Positions 25,849-33,481 of a stretch of DNA of 33,481 nt are shown here, one piece after another. The stretch covers positions 1 to 33,481 of the forward strand of contig JAZOSC010000030.1 of NCBI GenBank assembly GCA_045656925.1, given 5' to 3'. The position numbers and the translations under genes are program-made. The notes under the pieces were generated by a model. That model ran no database searches. It was not told the origin of the DNA and was given only the letters and a program-made list of their open reading frames with translations. Each line of letters starts with the position of its first letter. Position 1 is the first letter of the stretch. The DNA comes from Eubacteriales bacterium (GTDB lineage Bacteria; Bacillota; Clostridia; Oscillospirales; CAG-272).

Positions 25849-26100
25849 TTACTTCTCATAAACGACTGTGCGTACCCATTTCCCCTCATAGAAATGATAG
25901 TCAACGCGGCAGATCTTCCCCTTTTTCTGCAGGAGAGCCGCATCACTTTCTACAATCGGATAATAGCCGTTTGCCGCGGCAAAGGCGGCATCACTTTCAA
26001 TCAACGCGGCAAAACCGGAAATCATTCTGCCGTCAGCACTGATGCCGTTTCGCGGCGGCGAAACAGGAACACCGTTTTCAATCCGATATCGCTTCATCAT
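25849..26100 (-). CDS. Small phage-associated protein (XkdW-like position), hypothetical
   Basis: The start codons at 26100/26097 lie just after a GAGGAGGAAT SD embedded in the last codons of the upstream gene (overlap about 20 nt). Small-protein-after-tail-fibre context. Confidence 0.5.
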   Translation of the reverse strand: MMKRYRIENGVPVSPPRNGISADGRMISGFAALIESDAAFAAANGYYPIVESDAALLQKKGKICRVDYHFYEGKWVRTVVYEK

Positions 26101-27562
26101 ATTCCTCCTCAAAAATCAATCTCGAGCCTAAATTATTTGTTTCATTGGCCTGCTTCTGACCGAATATTTCCATCGCGGTATAATTGGTTCCTGCTTCGGC
26201 AGTACAACTGCCACCCACACCAATCACGCACCAGATGCTTCTGTCCGAATCGCTGTAATTCTTGGAAATGCGCGATGCATAATATCGGTCAGCGGCAGTA
26301 TCATCAAAGGATACGGGGCACATAAAATCTCCATTATTAATGACAGTCATGCCCTTAATAAAGCTCTCCTCCCCCGAAAAGGGCGAGATGGCATCCCCGA
26401 TGGGAACCTGCCCTATTCCGGTATTCAGAATCAGGTTGTATCCTCCCTCTGTATGACAAAGCTGCCATTTTTTATCAGCATCCACCCTCATCACAAAATC
26501 CCAGAGCACGCTCGACACATTCCCCCACGGATTTTCCTTACCGCGCCATACAATCGGCGCCATAGAGTCGTTGCTTGCGCGCCCCGACGAGGCGTTGGTG
26601 ACGGCTGAAATTGCCACTCCCGTCTTTTCCCTTTCATAGGTAAATTTCCACTCATAGGTGGTCGAAAAGAGCTTTGGCAAATCAAGATTCTCACAAACAA
26701 TCCGATACCCTGCACCCTCCTCGGGAATCACCTCGGCAACAGTATATACGCCTGCTTTTTTAAATACATCTGTAGTGATATCCCTTCCATACACGGTGAT
26801 TTTTTCACCCTGCTTGAGCATCGGCTCCTCACTGCAGTAAAGCCCCTGCGGATAATCCCCATTTTCCATGGAAACATCGACAAGCGGAACGCCGTTTGAG
26901 CAGTAGCCGTGCATCACGCTCTGCAAATCACACGTGGCGAATTCCACCAGCAGCAGCAGATAATCGCAAAACCAATCAGCACCGCTTTCGCAATGCACAC
27001 GGGATGGGTGCGACACCAGCTTATACTGCAGTGAGCTGAGCGATGACACATACGGCAGCAGTCCCGCACGGGAGTGCAATTTTTGGTCGTCGGGGCCCAA
27101 TACAGTTTCAAAGGCGGGGCGATAAACAGGGGTTTTACCATCACGGAAAATCGGCGCCAGGCTATAGCCCTGAAGCGGTCTGTCCGTAACCGATACCCGG
27201 CAAAGCGCGCCCGTATCAGACAGCTCCAGACGATACCAGAAGGGTGTGCAGCGATAAATAACCTCTCTGTTTGCTTCGGTGGGAGAAAGCGTAAAGCCCT
27301 CCTCACCGCGCTCCACGAAATCAACCCAACGGCGCTTCTCCTCATTCCACGTCGCATTGAATATGGGACGCTGAAATATCGAAACCCCGTCAAAATCATT
27401 CCGCACCTTTGCGTCACCTACCGCGACCTCTGCCACCATGCCATATGCAAGATCTGCACGCTCTCCAACGGGTGAAAGAGAATCGGGATCAAAAACAACC
27501 GTCCAGGCGCGAAAGGGCTCTATTCCCTCACAAAACGCTGCTTGCCTGATACGCTTTCTCAT
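26078..27562 (-). CDS. Phage tail-fibre/receptor-binding-like protein (about 494 aa)
   Basis: NDFDGVSIFQRPIF..TPFWYRLE..GYSLAPIF..HSRAGLLP..DYLLLLVEFATCDLQSVMHG matches, from memory, a block pattern seen in Firmicutes prophage tail-fibre-region proteins. The C-terminus GGSCTAEAG..NNLGSRLIF is C-type-lectin-fold-like. ATGA overlap with the upstream gene at 27559-27562. Confidence 0.55.
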   Translation of the reverse strand: MRKRIRQAAFCEGIEPFRAWTVVFDPDSLSPVGERADLAYGMVAEVAVGDAKVRNDFDGVSIFQRPIFNATWNEEKRRWVDFVERGEEGFTLSPTEANREVIYRCTPFWYRLELSDTGALCRVSVTDRPLQGYSLAPIFRDGKTPVYRPAFETVLGPDDQKLHSRAGLLPYVSSLSSLQYKLVSHPSRVHCESGADWFCDYLLLLVEFATCDLQSVMHGYCSNGVPLVDVSMENGDYPQGLYCSEEPMLKQGEKITVYGRDITTDVFKKAGVYTVAEVIPEEGAGYRIVCENLDLPKLFSTTYEWKFTYEREKTGVAISAVTNASSGRASNDSMAPIVWRGKENPWGNVSSVLWDFVMRVDADKKWQLCHTEGGYNLILNTGIGQVPIGDAISPFSGEESFIKGMTVINNGDFMCPVSFDDTAADRYYASRISKNYSDSDRSIWCVIGVGGSCTAEAGTNYTAMEIFGQKQANETNNLGSRLIFEEEYDEAISD

Positions 27563-28359
27563 ACCGCATCCCCCACATTGCCATACTGAACAACGCCGAT
27601 ATGCCACTTACCTGTCACAACCGAGAAGGTACAGATGATATCAAAATCCTCCGTCATGATATCAGGCAAGGTGGAGCCGACAAAGGAATACCCGTCCTTT
27701 TCTCCCCAATCAATCGGCACAGGGCCGCATTCGCGCACAGGGGCGTGACACGTGATGACAACCCAGTTATCCTGGTCACGGGATACGGGCGGAGGGAGCA
27801 CCAGCTGTATGGGGCGCCAACCCTCACTTGTCACATACAGGGAATTGTTCAGGTCAAGTGCATAATGACGTCTGCTTTCGGGAAGCAGTGCAAAGCCGCC
27901 CTCGGACTGAATGGGCTTCAGCGTAAACATTCTTTCCTGCTGAATGATTTCAGCAGTCACGCTGCCGCCACCCTCATCGTCGCCCGGCAGCGTTTCGTCA
28001 GGCAGCACCGAGGCCATCACCTCAATTCCAAAGGGTGGTGTGGTCAGCTTGCCGCCTTTTTCATCGAAAATTGATACGTCGCAGGTCAGTACACCCTCAT
28101 TACGCAGCATCCATGCATTGATGGGCAGCGTCACACTGCCGTCTGCATGAACCTCGCCCGCAAACACCGCTGTTTCCCCACTTGAGCTTTTGACGTTCAA
28201 AACAACGGTAGAGCTTTCCTCCACACGCAGCAGCTCGCCGTAAGAAAGCAACCGCAATAAAATATTGCGGCAACAGCTATCGCCCTGTCTTGCCACGATA
28301 GATTGCGTCAACTCTCGCTCCGACACATCAAGCACCATTTTTGTTACACATTGTGCCAT
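27559..28359 (-). CDS. BppU_N-like (phage baseplate upper protein / tail protein N-terminal Ig-like domain) protein
   Basis: The N-terminal ..IVARQGDSCCRNILLRLLSYGELL..VVLNVKSSSGETAVFAGEV..DGSVTLPINAWMLRNEGVLTCDVSIFDEKGGKLTTPPFGIEVMASV follows the BppU_N/DUF2479 pattern (ArQgD.., L.., l..i.l.., ttp.F.i.V..s). Confidence 0.55.
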   Translation of the reverse strand: MAQCVTKMVLDVSERELTQSIVARQGDSCCRNILLRLLSYGELLRVEESSTVVLNVKSSSGETAVFAGEVHADGSVTLPINAWMLRNEGVLTCDVSIFDEKGGKLTTPPFGIEVMASVLPDETLPGDDEGGGSVTAEIIQQERMFTLKPIQSEGGFALLPESRRHYALDLNNSLYVTSEGWRPIQLVLPPPVSRDQDNWVVITCHAPVRECGPVPIDWGEKDGYSFVGSTLPDIMTEDFDIICTFSVVTGKWHIGVVQYGNVGDAV

Positions 28360-28435
28360 AAATTCTTAAATTCCTCCTTTTTTAACGGAGAGCGCCTCCC
28401 GGTTGTCACATAGACAAAGCCCCCTCACTACAGCT

Positions 28436-28464
28436 ATTGTAGCAGACCGGAGCGCATTTGTCGT
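28436..28464 (-). promoter_or_regulatory. Candidate extended -10 promoter of the phage-like three-gene operon
   Basis: On the - strand: ACGACA, a 17 nt spacer, then TGcTACAAT, located just after the queT terminator. Confidence 0.45.
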
Positions 28465-28491
28465 TAACTGCAATCGAAATTTTTCAGGCAC

Positions 28492-28530
28492 AAAAAAAGC
28501 AGAACAAGACCTGCGTCTTATTCTGCTTTG
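28492..28530 (-). terminator. Rho-independent terminator of queT
   Basis: - strand AAAGCAGAAtAAGAC-GCAG-GTCTTgTTCTGC followed by TTTTTTT. Confidence 0.85.
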
Positions 28531-28540
28531 CAATATAGCT

Positions 28541-29050
28541 TCACGCTTCACCAAAGATACGGTAACGCACAGGGCGCAGCGCAGCATAAAGAAGTGTACC
28601 GAACAGGCAGACGGAAAGTGCCTCTCCCACGCCAACCGTCAGGAACAAAAAGGGCAAGGACTCCGCAACATCTACATAAGCATAGCGGATAACAAAGGGA
28701 ATAATCAGGGTATTGGCCAGCACGGGCGGCAGCATGGCAAGGGGTACTGCGCGGCGTAAAAACCTCGTACCCACGGCGCCCAGAAGCGTGGCCAGCGTAC
28801 CGAAAACGATATCGGGCAGAGCGGCTCCCGTCAGAAGATTGGCCGCCAGGCAGCCTACGGTAACACCGGGCACAGCCGCTGCGGTAAAAATCGGCAGTAT
28901 ACAAAGCGCCTCGGAAATTCTTAACTGTATGGCACCCATACCCGAAAGACCGAAAAGGGCGGAAATCCAGGTAAAGACAACGTAAAGTGCGGCAATAATG
29001 CCGGCACGGGTCAGGTAGGCGACACGGCGCCCGTTGATTTGGTTTTGCAT
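28541..29050 (-). CDS. queT: Queuosine-precursor transporter QueT
   Basis: GAIQLRISEAL and LPDIVFGTLATLLGA match conserved QueT blocks. The protein has 5-6 TM segments and a preQ1-type leader lies upstream. Confidence 0.8.
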   Translation of the reverse strand: MQNQINGRRVAYLTRAGIIAALYVVFTWISALFGLSGMGAIQLRISEALCILPIFTAAAVPGVTVGCLAANLLTGAALPDIVFGTLATLLGAVGTRFLRRAVPLAMLPPVLANTLIIPFVIRYAYVDVAESLPFLFLTVGVGEALSVCLFGTLLYAALRPVRYRIFGEA

Positions 29051-29054
29051 ATTC

Positions 29055-29103
29055 TTTTCTCCCTAGTTTTGTTTTTTTACCGCGACGATAACCGATCGCG
29101 GCT
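29055..29103 (-). promoter_or_regulatory. preQ1-I riboswitch candidate (translational, SD-proximal)
   Basis: - strand RNA CCGCGA-UCGGUUAUCG-UCGCGG-UAAAAAAACAAAACUAGGGAG. A short P1 hairpin plus an A-rich tail ending in the SD resembles the B. subtilis and T. tengcongensis preQ1-I aptamers (..UAUAAAAAACUAAGG / ..UUAACAAAACAAGG). It sits directly upstream of queT. Confidence 0.65.
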
Positions 29104-29133
29104 TGGTGAGGATGGTTTCGAACTCACCGTAAT

Positions 29134-30417
29134 TTATGTAGAAAGCCCTAAAGCCGCAAGCGACTCTGTAACCTCTGCATACATATAAAGTGACCCCAGC
29201 GAAAAGAGGGGAATCCCCGTTGTCCGTGCGGCAGCTACGGCAGCGGCTACGGCGGCGGTGGGCGTGTCAAAGGCGTGTGCGGTAATTCCCCGCGCAGCCC
29301 AAGCGGCGGCAAGCGCGGGGGCTGCAAGCGCACGCGGATTATCGGGTGTCAGCGTAAAAACGGTATCAACAAGCGGAGCATGCGCCTCTATCATACCGTA
29401 ATAATCCTTATCCGCCATCACGGCATTTAAAAGAAGCACCTTACCGTCGGGAAAATACTGCCTGATAGCACCCACCGCCGCAGCAACTCCCTCGGGATTG
29501 TGCGCGCCATCCGCAATAATTAACGGGCTTTCGCAAAGCTTTTCAAAGCGACCGCGCCAGCAAACAGTACGAAGCCCCCTTCGGATGGCCGCCTCGTCCA
29601 CGGAAATGCCGCGTGTGACAAGCGCACCGAAAAGCGCCAAAACAGTCGCCAGGTTCTGCGGCTGATACGTGCCAAGCAGCGAAAGCTCCAGCGCATGATA
29701 AGGCCCCCACGAGCAAACGGTGCAGTCAAGCCCATAGCGATGCACCGTCATCGGCGTATCCTCGGCTGCGATAAAGGGCACGCCTGCGACAGCAGCCGCA
29801 CCTGCAATGACACGTCTGGCAACGGGATCGTGTCCCCCCCAGATCATCGGGGCTTCCTTCTTGATAATTCCCGCCTTTTCGGCGGCAATTTGTGCCACGG
29901 TATCGCCAAGATATTCCGTGTGGTCCAATGCGATGCCCGTAATAACAGTGGCAAGCGGATTTTCAATGACGTTGGTGGAATCAAGTCTGCCGCCCATGCC
30001 CGTTTCGAGCACGACCACTTCACACGCCATTTCGGCAAAATAGAGCAGCCCGATAGCGGTAATCAGCTCAAACTCAGTGGGGGCATCTGCCATGCTGTCG
30101 GCAAAGGGCCGCACCCGTGCCGTAAATGTGGCAAGCGCGTCGTCAGAAATCGGCTCGCCGCACAGTGCAATGCGTTCATTGAAGCTTTTGATATAGGGCG
30201 ACACGAAAAGCCCCGTTCGGTAGCCTGCCGCACGCAAAATAGCCTCCGTCATTGCCGAGGTTGAGCCCTTGCCGTTCGTACCCGCAATATGAATAAAGCG
30301 CAGCCTTTTCTGCGGATTGCCGAGCAAGTCAAGCAGCTCTGTAATTCGCGACAGGCCGGGGCGGCTGCCCTTCCACGCGACCGAATGAATATATGACAAT
30401 GCTTCCCTGTAGGTCAT
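29134..30417 (-). CDS. folC: Bifunctional folylpolyglutamate synthase / dihydrofolate synthase
   Basis: IHIAGTNGKGST P-loop and Mur-ligase layout (DSTNV, GIALDHTEYLG). ATGA overlap with the folT stop. Confidence 0.92.
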   Translation of the reverse strand: MTYREALSYIHSVAWKGSRPGLSRITELLDLLGNPQKRLRFIHIAGTNGKGSTSAMTEAILRAAGYRTGLFVSPYIKSFNERIALCGEPISDDALATFTARVRPFADSMADAPTEFELITAIGLLYFAEMACEVVVLETGMGGRLDSTNVIENPLATVITGIALDHTEYLGDTVAQIAAEKAGIIKKEAPMIWGGHDPVARRVIAGAAAVAGVPFIAAEDTPMTVHRYGLDCTVCSWGPYHALELSLLGTYQPQNLATVLALFGALVTRGISVDEAAIRRGLRTVCWRGRFEKLCESPLIIADGAHNPEGVAAAVGAIRQYFPDGKVLLLNAVMADKDYYGMIEAHAPLVDTVFTLTPDNPRALAAPALAAAWAARGITAHAFDTPTAAVAAAVAAARTTGIPLFSLGSLYMYAEVTESLAALGLST

Positions 30418-30998
30418 TTCTGCCGTATCCTTTCCGTCAGTATGTGCAGCTGGCGACTGCGGAAGAGCAGGTATAACAGATAGCTCTCCGCCGCAATAAC
30501 CAGCATATAGACGGGCAGCCGCAGCAAAAGCACCGCCCAGCCAAACCCGAAATAGATACGAAGCGCCAACGTTTTTAAAATCACGGAGCCGATCAGGTGC
30601 GACGCAAGCTCGATGACAAGTGCCGAAATATACCGTCTGCCACGGAACACGTAGCCGCCAAAAAAGCCCGCTGTAAGTCCCACGGAAATCGAGCCGACCA
30701 GAATCAGCGGATTAGGTGCTTGCCCCGCAAGCAGGCAGCTGCAAAGATCAGCCACCACAGCGATCATCGCACCCGCGAAGGGGCCGAAGGACACGCTGCC
30801 AAAGATGATGGGCAGATTTTCAAAGGTCACGCGCAAGGGGCTGGGACCAAACAGCAGCTTGGCAAGGCAGGCCAGAATCACGCTCATAGCGGCAAGCATG
30901 GCCGCAAAGCAGAGCACGCGCAGATTGCCAAATACCGTAACGTCACGGACAAGCGCGTGTCGCGCGTCGGTCACACCGCAGTGCTTTTTCTTGTGCAT
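30414..30998 (-). CDS. folT: Folate-family ECF transporter S component
   Basis: LRVTFENLPIIFGSVSFGPFAGAMIAVVADL.. and a 5-6 TM profile. The start MHKKKH at 30998 follows AAGGGGG. The listed ORF start at 31133 reads through the THF riboswitch. Confidence 0.8.
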   Translation of the reverse strand: MHKKKHCGVTDARHALVRDVTVFGNLRVLCFAAMLAAMSVILACLAKLLFGPSPLRVTFENLPIIFGSVSFGPFAGAMIAVVADLCSCLLAGQAPNPLILVGSISVGLTAGFFGGYVFRGRRYISALVIELASHLIGSVILKTLALRIYFGFGWAVLLLRLPVYMLVIAAESYLLYLLFRSRQLHILTERIRQK

Positions 30999-31061
30999 AA
31001 AAAATACCCCCTTCCCCGAAATCATTCGAAAATAGGAGGTGCAGGCGCACATTTTTTCAAA

Positions 31062-31158
31062 CGAAGCGGGATGCAGATATATGGCCGCGGGTATCCCCTT
31101 CGTCCGATCGGCAACTCCCCGTCCCATCGGCACTTAACGCCATATTTCTTACTCTTCT
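31062..31158 (-). promoter_or_regulatory. THF (tetrahydrofolate) riboswitch, class I
   Basis: - strand RNA AUAUGGCGUUAAGUGCCGAUGGGACGG..CCGAUCGGACGAAGGGGAUACCCGCGGCCAUAUAUCUGCAUCCCGCUUC. It shares the conserved CGUUAAGUG, AUGGGA, ACGAAG, GCGG and UGCAUCC blocks and the P2 (AUAUGG/CCAUAU) and P3 (CCGAU/AUCGG) pairings of the E. siraeum folT aptamer. Confidence 0.8.
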
Positions 31159-31174
31159 AAATTTTACATTACAC

Positions 31175-31203
31175 ATTATAATATGCCCCCCAAAAAAAGT
31201 CAA
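31175..31203 (-). promoter_or_regulatory. Sigma-A promoter of the THF riboswitch-folT-folC unit
   Basis: On the - strand: TTGACT, a 17 nt spacer, then TATAAT. Confidence 0.65.
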
Positions 31204-31220
31204 GGGATTTTATTAAAATA

Positions 31221-31249
31221 TTGACTTTGCAGGCAAACTGTGCTAAACT
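31221..31249 (+). promoter_or_regulatory. Candidate sigma-A promoter of the alpha/beta hydrolase gene
   Basis: TTGACT, a 17 nt spacer, then TAAACT with a TGc extended -10. Confidence 0.55.
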
Positions 31250-31281
31250 GAGCTTGATAAACGCAACAACGAGGTACCGCT

Positions 31282-32097
31282 ATGATTCTTGAAACAATTA
31301 AGCTTGATGATGTTACAAACGCGACGCTGACGCCCATCTGTATCAGCACCACGGAGGAGCTTGTGATATCCCCCCGTCGTGCCGTGATCGTCTGCCCGGG
31401 TGGTGGCTACCGTTTCCTTTCCGACCGTGAGGCAGAACCGATTGCCTTACAGTTTCTTGCCGCAGGCTTTGCCACCTTTATTCTGCGCTACGGCGTCGGC
31501 GCGCATGCCGCCAATTACCGTCCCTTGAAAACAGCCGCACGCGCGATCCGCTACGTGCGCGAGCACGCAGAGGAATACAACGTGGACCCGAGCTACGTCT
31601 TCATCTGTGGCTTTTCCGCAGGCGGCCACCTTGCCGCTTCCTCAGGTGTTTTGTGGCAGCACCCCGTGCTTGATGAGGTGCTGGAGGGCGCACCGCGCGA
31701 TATTGCACGCCCCACAGGTATGATTTTATCCTATCCCGTCATTACCGCAGGCCCCCTCGCCCACCAGGGCTCTGTCAACAACCTCTGCGGAAAGATCAAT
31801 CCTCCCGACGAGGAACGCTACCCCTTCTCTCTTGAAAAGCATGTGACAAAGGACACACCCCCCGCCTTCCTCTGGCACACCTTTAGCGATACCACCGTGC
31901 CTGTACAGAACAGCCTGATGATGGCAGAGGCAATGACTGCGGCAGGCGTACCCTTTGAAATGCACATCTGGCCCGCAGGCCCACACGCCGCCGCGCTTTG
32001 CAATGAGCTGACCGCATGCGGCCAGAGCAGGCACCTCCTGCCCGATGCTGCAGAGTGGGTATCGCTTGCCATCCGCTGGGCGCGCACTCTGGCGTAA
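31282..32097 (+). CDS. Alpha/beta hydrolase (esterase/lipase-like, acetyl-esterase type)
   Basis: VIVCPGGGY oxyanion region, GFSAGGHL nucleophile elbow (GxSxG), and a downstream D and H (DTTVP, GPHA). Confidence 0.8.
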   Translation: MILETIKLDDVTNATLTPICISTTEELVISPRRAVIVCPGGGYRFLSDREAEPIALQFLAAGFATFILRYGVGAHAANYRPLKTAARAIRYVREHAEEYNVDPSYVFICGFSAGGHLAASSGVLWQHPVLDEVLEGAPRDIARPTGMILSYPVITAGPLAHQGSVNNLCGKINPPDEERYPFSLEKHVTKDTPPAFLWHTFSDTTVPVQNSLMMAEAMTAAGVPFEMHIWPAGPHAAALCNELTACGQSRHLLPDAAEWVSLAIRWARTLA

Positions 32098-32103
32098 ACA
32101 CAA

Positions 32104-32131
32104 TAAAAAAAGCCCCACGTGGGGCTTGTTT
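32104..32131. terminator. Bidirectional terminator between the hydrolase gene and hpf
   Basis: AAAAAAAGCCCCACGTGGGGCTTGTTTT. Confidence 0.85.
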
Positions 32132-32137
32132 TATTGA

Positions 32138-32656
32138 TTATTCTTCCGTAATCAAGCCATAATTACCGTCTTTTCTGCGATAAACAACAGCGGGCTTATC
32201 GGTATCGGCATCGCGGAACACAAAAAACTGATGCTCAAGAAGATTCATCTGCAGGATTGCCTCCTCAACCGACATGGGCTTGACGGGAATATACTTGGTG
32301 CGGATCTGAAACTCGCCCTCCTCCTCCTCGTCTACATCACCCGGGTGAGGATCAAAGGCTCCCGAACGCAACCTTTTTTCAAGACGCGTTTTATTCTTTC
32401 TCATCTGCCGTTCAAGCGATTCAAGCGCGCGGTCAATCGCGGTCTGGAAGCTATCAGCCCCCTCCTCCGAACGGAAGATGGTGCCACCGTAATATATTGT
32501 AATTTCAACACACTGCAGATCGTGTCGGCAGGAATAGGAAACGGTTGCCTCGGCATCGTCGCCAAAGAAACGGTCAAATTTGGCCAGCTTCTTTTCTGTC
32601 AGCTCCTTCAAGGAGGCGCGTACGGTCATCTGCTTGCCGCTGATGGTAATTTTCAT
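32138..32656 (-). CDS. hpf: Ribosome hibernation-promoting factor, long form
   Basis: N-terminal S30AE domain (MKITISGKQMTV..LKELTEKKLAKFDRFF) plus a C-terminal dimerisation domain (KPMSVEEAILQMNLLEHQFFVFRDADTDKPAVVYRRKDGNYGLI). Confidence 0.92.
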   Translation of the reverse strand: MKITISGKQMTVRASLKELTEKKLAKFDRFFGDDAEATVSYSCRHDLQCVEITIYYGGTIFRSEEGADSFQTAIDRALESLERQMRKNKTRLEKRLRSGAFDPHPGDVDEEEEGEFQIRTKYIPVKPMSVEEAILQMNLLEHQFFVFRDADTDKPAVVYRRKDGNYGLITEE

Positions 32657-32804
32657 GCATGCTTCCGCCTTTCTGTAACCGGGGGAGGAAATAGAGCTTC
32701 ACCTCTCTTGGTACACCTCTATTATAGCACGACATTTGTGAAAAATAAATAGGTTTTTTAAAAAAAGTTATATTTTTTTGTGAAAAATTGCAACTTTTTC
32801 CCCG

Positions 32805-33455
32805 TTATTCGGGGGAAGCTGTCATTTCCGCATCATCTTCGCCCGTAGCAGTATCATTCCTTTTATCCTCAGGCTCGATGTAAAACATATCAAAGTACTT
32901 TCCCTGCTCATGCTTCGCAAGATAAAGACAAAGCGCACAAAGTAAACAGGCAAGCACCAGCGATACGGTCAGCACAGGATCAAAGCCAAGCGTGATAAAG
33001 CCACCGCCCGGATGGCGATTTGACACGGCGCTGAAGTAAAGCGGAAAGAGCGCAGGCACCAGCAAAAGAAGATTCGAAAAAAGGAGCGACACGCGGCCGC
33101 GGAAAAGCGCACGGAATAAAATTTTAGCAGCGCGGCGTTCCTCCCTGCTCCCGTGCTTGCCTGTTGCCACAAAATAGGTATAAATCCCAATAACGGCCAA
33201 AATCAATGCAGCCAATGTGGCAAGAATGGCCACCCCTGCCCCCACCAGAAGCAAAATATAGTAGCCACGTGCAGCACCCACCGCGCTCCCTGTAAGCAGT
33301 GCCTGTCTGCCCTGCTTTACGGTATTAAACAAAAGCTGCCAGAGCGATAAGCGTCCCGCAAGGCCCGCGCGGATATTATAAAAGAAGCCAAGCACACCGA
33401 GCAGTGCTGCCCACAGCAACGGGAAAAGATAACGCAGGGTGCAAAGAGCGTACAT
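32805..33455 (-). CDS. Polytopic membrane protein, hypothetical (possibly N-terminally incomplete at the window edge)
   Basis: Several hydrophobic TM segments and an acidic C-terminal tail. The frame stays open to the window end, so the true start may lie outside. Confidence 0.5.
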   Translation of the reverse strand: MYALCTLRYLFPLLWAALLGVLGFFYNIRAGLAGRLSLWQLLFNTVKQGRQALLTGSAVGAARGYYILLLVGAGVAILATLAALILAVIGIYTYFVATGKHGSREERRAAKILFRALFRGRVSLLFSNLLLLVPALFPLYFSAVSNRHPGGGFITLGFDPVLTVSLVLACLLCALCLYLAKHEQGKYFDMFYIEPEDKRNDTATGEDDAEMTASPE

Positions 33456-33481
33456 GCGATTTTCCCCGTCCGAAAGCCATA

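Noticed and set aside
26078-26260. Diversity-generating retroelement targeting the lectin-like C-terminus of the tail-fibre-like protein
   Set aside because: No reverse transcriptase ORF, and no second template-repeat copy of this segment, is visible in the window. It is kept only as something to check genome-wide.
25849-28359. Complete prophage
   Set aside because: Both flanks inside the window are housekeeping genes with their own terminators. No integrase, att-like direct repeats, structural or lysis genes are present.
28366-28635. 89-aa - strand ORF spanning the queT 3' end and the intergenic region
   Set aside because: It overlaps queT out of frame and contains the queT terminator and the downstream promoter, so it is not a plausible gene.
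29104-29133. GGTGAG..CTCACC hairpin after folC as a canonical terminator
   Set aside because: No U-tract follows it on the - strand. It may be a processing or stability element, or the base of the preQ1 leader, rather than an intrinsic terminator.

Overview
GC-rich chromosomal segment that looks like a spore-forming Clostridia genome (Oscillospiraceae/Ruminococcaceae-like; this is inference from gene content). Most of it is core and syntenic. On the + strand: lysA (5' cut by the window edge), an M50 protease, scpA-scpB, DUF2953, gerW/ytfJ, dacB-like, rluB and spo0A. On the - strand: ylxM-ffh-rpsP-KH, a three-gene FAD-dependent glycerol-3-phosphate dehydrogenase-like operon, folT-folC-queT and hpf. 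Also present: gpsA, an ABC-F ATPase, a SleB-like cell wall hydrolase, three PHP-fold phosphoesterases and a large glycoside-hydrolase-like protein. I see two riboswitches, THF upstream of folT and preQ1-I upstream of queT. There are several near-consensus sigma-A promoters and many hairpin terminators. I found no rRNA, tRNA, CRISPR array, integrase or transposase. The stretches ordinary annotation does not explain are: (1) a ~395 bp non-coding element at 9203-9597 with ~60 bp terminal inverted repeats, phased GTTATGA/TCATAAC heptamers and GCGAAGC mini-hairpins, sitting in a visibly AT-richer islet next to an XRE regulator and a small ORF; (2) an orphan, translationally coupled three-gene phage tail-fibre-like module (25849-28359, - strand) wedged between gpsA and queT; (3) a second AT-rich islet (19829-20518) with a small membrane protein and an XRE regulator, bracketed by two near-identical terminator hairpins; (4) a terminator-containing leader on the glycerol-3-phosphate dehydrogenase operon. 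All functional calls come from motif and family recognition by eye; no searches were run.
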